Shown: in pieces, positions 60,443 through 64,000 of the stretch
Numbering within the stretch: position 1 is the stretch's first letter
Layout of the letters: the number at the start of each line of letters is the position of its first letter
DNA from: an uncultured Candidatus Saccharibacteria bacterium
Lineage (GTDB): Bacteria; Patescibacteriota; Minisyncoccia; Phycocordibacterales; UBA918
DNA: 64,000 nucleotides
NCBI GenBank assembly: GCA_964469295.1
Contig: CAYXYJ010000001.1
Span: 34,334 to 98,333, forward strand
Direction of reading: 5' to 3'
The notes under the pieces: model-generated
Told to the model about the DNA's origin: nothing
Database searches by the model: none
What the model saw: the letters and a program-made list of their open reading frames with translations, nothing else
Made by a program: the position numbers and the translations under genes

Positions 60443-61654
60443 TTATAAATTATTCCACAAGTCCATGTCTTCTTCTCCATCAATCTTAAATAACGCAATC
60501 CCGCGGACTCCGTACTTTTTGACCAAATCCATTTTATCTTCAATCGCCGCCGCGTCACTGTAGGTAATAAATCGCACTGAGACTGTTTGTCCGGTTTTAT
60601 TGGCATACGCCAGGGCTTTCGCTGCTGCTTCCATACCTTTTGGTGTTCCTTTTGGTGTTTTGGTTTTGGCTAGATGCGCATACAATCCATCCGTTGGGAA
60701 ATAACTCATCACCGCTTCCCCGCCAGCACTCCGACCAATTGGTGTCTTGTAGATTTTTTTTGACAGTTCTTTAATGCGTGGAGGATTTAAAGTCGCCACT
60801 CGCGTATACGCTTGGTACCAGTCTGGCGACACCGTTACGTCCCACGCGCGACCATACGTGGCTGTGCCAATCATCACTTTTTCTTTCGAAAAATCTTCGA
60901 GAGCAAGTTTAACCACTTTTTCCACCCATTCGTTATCAGCGACTGGTGCGTATGGCACTCCGGAACGCTTTTTATTCAACGTCAAATCAGCGCGTTGTTG
61001 GTCGTACGTCATCAACTCGATTCGATCGCAATATTCACCAATCGCCTGATAATCGTTCGCATAGCGCAATGGATTGGGAATAGTGGTGTATAAATCTTTC
61101 GCTGGGGTCCGGGCTTCAATGGCACAGGTCAATACTTTGTCACCAAGAGCCTTATTTAAATCACGTAAAAAAATGGAGAAAAAATCCTTTGTCTCGGCAT
61201 TTTTATCTTCGTAATCAATATTCACGCCATCAAATTTTCCGTTTTTTACTAATTTTACAATCGAGGCAATTTGTTCATTTCTTAACTTTTCATTACTAAG
61301 AACCGGATGAATCTGGTCGCCATCAAACCATGCAATCGTGGGAATAATTTCCACTTTGTTCTTGCGGGCGGTTTTAAAGAACGTCTGCCACTGTTTTTCT
61401 GACAAATTAGCTTTGTCAATGATGCTCCCCGCAGCATCCACTTCGTACACAAATGGATAGACCGTATCAAGTTTTTTAATATTTTTGGTAGCACTTTTGA
61501 GGCCCGCGGTATCACTCCACCACGGTATCCATCCGGCGACTTCACCTTCGTACGCAGCCAACGCAGGCGTTGGCGCCAGTATACCAAGCGTGATACCACA
61601 TACCATCATTCCAGCGGTAATAAACTTTTTGGTTGTCTGTGTGTGTGTAATCAT
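60443..61654 (-). CDS. secreted glycoside hydrolase family 18 (chitinase/SleL-like) protein
   Basis: 403 aa with a signal peptide. The GH18 core contains [10 protein letters not shown], a DxxDxDxE motif with Asn at the second Asp position. Upstream GH18-like strands are [12 protein letters not shown]. Confidence 0.6.
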   Translation of the reverse strand: MITHTQTTKKFITAGMMVCGITLGILAPTPALAAYEGEVAGWIPWWSDTAGLKSATKNIKKLDTVYPFVYEVDAAGSIIDKANLSEKQWQTFFKTARKNKVEIIPTIAWFDGDQIHPVLSNEKLRNEQIASIVKLVKNGKFDGVNIDYEDKNAETKDFFSIFLRDLNKALGDKVLTCAIEARTPAKDLYTTIPNPLRYANDYQAIGEYCDRIELMTYDQQRADLTLNKKRSGVPYAPVADNEWVEKVVKLALEDFSKEKVMIGTATYGRAWDVTVSPDWYQAYTRVATLNPPRIKELSKKIYKTPIGRSAGGEAVMSYFPTDGLYAHLAKTKTPKGTPKGMEAAAKALAYANKTGQTVSVRFITYSDAAAIEDKMDLVKKYGVRGIALFKIDGEEDMDLWNNL

Positions 61655-61752
61655 ATTCGTAGAGACGAAGCTACCGGGAAATTCTTACGCGCAATATATA
61701 ATATATGTACTGTATCGTACGTGTTTGTTGCTGAAAAGAGGAAATACTTTTA

Positions 61753-62184
61753 TTAAAACTGTCGCACACTGCCAGTAACCGCTCCCCAAATAAAACACTC
61801 TCGGGTATCTGCAACAAAAATCGGCGCATATCCATCTTGTTCCGAACACAACCACATACCAACATGATCAATGCGTAATCGTTTTACTACCAATCCGCCA
61901 TCTACCGCCGCCACGACAATCATACCGGAACGTGGTTCAATACTGCGATCAATCACGAGCACATCACCAGAAAATATCCCAGCACCTTCCATGGAATCCC
62001 CTTCAACTCGAACAAAGAACGTGCTTTCGGGATGCTTGACGAGTAAATCATGAACATTCAGTGACATTTCTACCATATCGTCGCCCGGAGCCGGAAAGCC
62101 CGCTTGGGGAGCGCTTTGATATAACGGTACACTACCAACAACACTTGACCCGGCAGAAGTCCACTTTTTAGTCACTTGAAGCAT
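61753..62184 (-). CDS. umuD: UmuD-like S24 self-cleaving peptidase (LexA C-terminal domain homolog without DNA-binding domain)
   Basis: 143 aa. ...QAGFPAPGDDMVEMSLNVHDLLVKHPESTFFVRVEGDSMEGAGI...GGLVVKRL. It has the Ala-Gly cleavage site, the Ser nucleophile (GDSM) and the Lys base (VVKRL). It aligns with the E. coli UmuD [36 protein letters not shown] region. Confidence 0.75.
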   Translation of the reverse strand: MLQVTKKWTSAGSSVVGSVPLYQSAPQAGFPAPGDDMVEMSLNVHDLLVKHPESTFFVRVEGDSMEGAGIFSGDVLVIDRSIEPRSGMIVVAAVDGGLVVKRLRIDHVGMWLCSEQDGYAPIFVADTRECFIWGAVTGSVRQF

Positions 62185-62197
62185 AGAAGATTACTTT

Positions 62198-63412
62198 TTA
62201 TAAGATAGTGGCGCCACTGGTAACAACCGTATGGATGTAAAAGAGTATCGACATTCCCAACAATAACGCTACTCCATACCACACATGTCGCATCCGTTGT
62301 TCGCGCCACTCAATAAAAATCGAAGTGAGCAATAAACCGACCACGATACTCCCGATACTCACGTATAACCACCACATAAGTTGCTGTGATGAAGTGAGGA
62401 GACCAACAAGACCCGGATTATCTCGAGGGGCGGCTGTCGCCGCCACTGGTATCGGAGCCAAACCACTAGTGGTGGCAATTGTATCGCTTACAATAGCAAT
62501 ACCCTCATCGGTGACCACTGTATCTGCCACCACCAAGCGTTCGGGCACAATCGGATCCAAAGATTCGGACACTAATGTCGTTGAATCCGTCTCATTATGA
62601 GCCACAGCGGGAGTAGCGGTAGCGACTGTTTCTGTTGACGCAACATCTCCTACATCATTGGCCAACTCTATTTCCGCTCCAGCAATTTCTTCTGCCGGTT
62701 CTGACGAAGAAACATCGGTGGTCATGGCAATAGTTTCAGCATTTTTAGGAGCACTATTGGTCGCAACCACAACATCAGTGGCACTCGTTGACTCTAATCC
62801 ATTAGTCAGACGATTAGGTACCAATCCAGTAGCGACTGGTGAGACGTTCCCGGCCGCTGGGGTACCAAATAATTGCACCACAAACACCGTATCATAGCCC
62901 TCGTAGCGACCGCGGGCGGTACCGACGCCAATTTCAGTAAAATTAGCGTTCACAATATTGGCGCGGTGGGTTGGTGATTTCATCCACGCAGTCACCACTT
63001 CATGTGAATCGGAAAAATGCACTGCCAGATTTTCACCAGCATTAGCAAAAACATATCCCGCTTCCTCAAACCAATACCACGGTGACACTCCCGTTGGGCT
63101 GTAATGAGCAAAGTAACTGTTTTGGGCCATATCCTCAGCCTTTAACCGCGCCGCCACATCCAACACCTCATTACGACGTAACTCTGGAAGTGCTTCATCG
63201 GCGCGTTCTTCGTTCGTAAGCGTTACCACGACCGCCGGTAACACGGCACCAACCAACCAATTAGATGATTGCCATAAAATGGCTTGAAGGTTGGCCGCGA
63301 GAAAAGTGAGCAAAATAAGACTGGCCATTCCCATCAGGGCCGCCCGCTGCAATAAGTGCGGCGTGTAGTCATTATCCTGACTCGGAATAAAGGCGTCTTT
63401 TGTCAATTTCAT
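62198..63412 (-). CDS. membrane-anchored CAP/SCP (PR-1-like, YkwD-type) domain protein
   Basis: 404 aa. N-terminal TM and a CAP domain (LTNEERADEALPELRRNEVLDVAARLKAEDMAQNSYFAHYSP...AGENLAVHF...TAWMKSPTHRANIVNANFTEIGVG). A T/A-rich linker and two C-terminal TM helices follow. Its stop is 13 nt before the umuD start. Confidence 0.65.
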   Translation of the reverse strand: MKLTKDAFIPSQDNDYTPHLLQRAALMGMASLILLTFLAANLQAILWQSSNWLVGAVLPAVVVTLTNEERADEALPELRRNEVLDVAARLKAEDMAQNSYFAHYSPTGVSPWYWFEEAGYVFANAGENLAVHFSDSHEVVTAWMKSPTHRANIVNANFTEIGVGTARGRYEGYDTVFVVQLFGTPAAGNVSPVATGLVPNRLTNGLESTSATDVVVATNSAPKNAETIAMTTDVSSSEPAEEIAGAEIELANDVGDVASTETVATATPAVAHNETDSTTLVSESLDPIVPERLVVADTVVTDEGIAIVSDTIATTSGLAPIPVAATAAPRDNPGLVGLLTSSQQLMWWLYVSIGSIVVGLLLTSIFIEWREQRMRHVWYGVALLLGMSILFYIHTVVTSGATIL

Positions 63413-63523
63413 ACGTTATATGTCTACTAGTATAGCATTTTTACGCTCGGACAAATACTAATACGTTCAATAATCGGCAATCAGACCCGCACGTCAATCA
63501 CTATCATGATATACTCCCCTCAT

Positions 63524-64000
63524 ATGAAACGATTTTTATTGTTGGGTAGTATACTATTCGGATTAATAACGAACGCTTCGCTAGTATCGGCCAACACCTT
63601 GCTTGCCAGTCAGGTAATTCCCTTGAGTGACCAACACACTCTCTATGTGTTAACCTTTACCATACACGAAGAAAAATCTCCCTTGATCATTCCGAGTACT
63701 ATTACGCGCCAGAGCGGAACGGCCAGTACCACCGGTGACATTCTCTACAGCCTACGTACACCCGAAGGTCTCCGAGTGAAAAGCGGACTCACCGCCGCTA
63801 TGATTATTCAAGATGCCACAGCCAGCACCAGTGTCACAGGCTTTACTGTCGCTAACCACCCCACTACGTTCAGTTTACTCGTGCTTCACCAACAGCCAGG
63901 ATCAACTTCACGAGCCAATACACTACAAGTGGACCAACTACCGTTTTACTTGACCTCCCCGAACGGATTGCAACGTTTAGAATTCACTCCTCAAGAATTA
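63524..64000 (+). CDS. secreted hypothetical protein, 5' part (continues beyond the window end)
   Basis: ATG at 63524. It translates MKRFLLLGSILFGLITNASLVSANTLLASQVIPLSDQHTLYVLTFTIHEEKSPLIIPSTITRQSGTASTTGDILYSL..., which looks like a signal peptide. No stop occurs before 64000. It is the only plus-strand gene, so the 111-nt gap 63413..63523 is a divergent promoter region. Confidence 0.5.
   Translation, partial: MKRFLLLGSILFGLITNASLVSANTLLASQVIPLSDQHTLYVLTFTIHEEKSPLIIPSTITRQSGTASTTGDILYSLRTPEGLRVKSGLTAAMIIQDATASTSVTGFTVANHPTTFSLLVLHQQPGSTSRANTLQVDQLPFYLTSPNGLQRLEFTPQEL

Noticed and set aside
60361-60752. A8/T8 homopolymer tracts (60361..60369 at the NUDIX start; 60745..60752 inside GH18) as phase-variation switches
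   Set aside because: Runs of 8 A/T are expected by chance in lysine-rich codons of an AT-leaning genome. No evidence of frame-restoring alternative ORFs.
1-64000. CRISPR arrays, tRNA/rRNA genes, transposases/integrases
   Set aside because: No regularly spaced short repeats, no cloverleaf-like candidates in the few intergenic gaps, and no ORF with transposase or integrase motifs were seen.

Overview
This 64-kb window is almost entirely coding, and every gene from nt 1 to 63412 is on the minus strand. A single plus-strand gene starts at 63524 and runs off the end. GC content is roughly 42-45%. I found no rRNA, tRNA, CRISPR array or obvious mobile element. The content is dominated by secreted or membrane-anchored surface proteins. 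There are two giant proteins: a 7749-aa ORF (26756..50005) and a 2049-aa ORF (4495..10644). Four cohesin-like proteins and three dockerin-bearing proteins are present. Two paralogous secreted 'A' proteins and four paralogous membrane-anchored 'B' proteins are always adjacent to an A-type C-terminus. Other genes are an FtsX/MacB-type ABC transporter, Hsp20, an MgtE-type Mg transporter, a Cys-less TlpA-like protein, and a right-hand block CAP-domain protein - umuD - GH18 - NUDIX - umuC. The giant-ORF size, the DUF2341+LamG modules, the cohesin/dockerin content and the one-strand organisation suggest an uncultivated small-genome bacterium (CPR/Patescibacteria-like), but I cannot prove this from sequence alone. 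The most novel signal is a thrice-repeated pairing of an A-type C-terminal domain with B-family proteins, which resembles the WxL/DUF916 'csc' surface-complex logic of Firmicutes. The A-type domain ends with the motif AGD(D)Y.T.(L/I).Y(V/I)A.PV(F/Y)-COOH and is shared by A1, A2 and the 2049-aa giant. The B family has a signal peptide, two beta domains, a TM helix and a basic tail. This pairing is interleaved with a cohesin-dockerin assembly system and giant adhesin-like proteins. All calls come from reading the translations and DNA by eye; no database search was possible.
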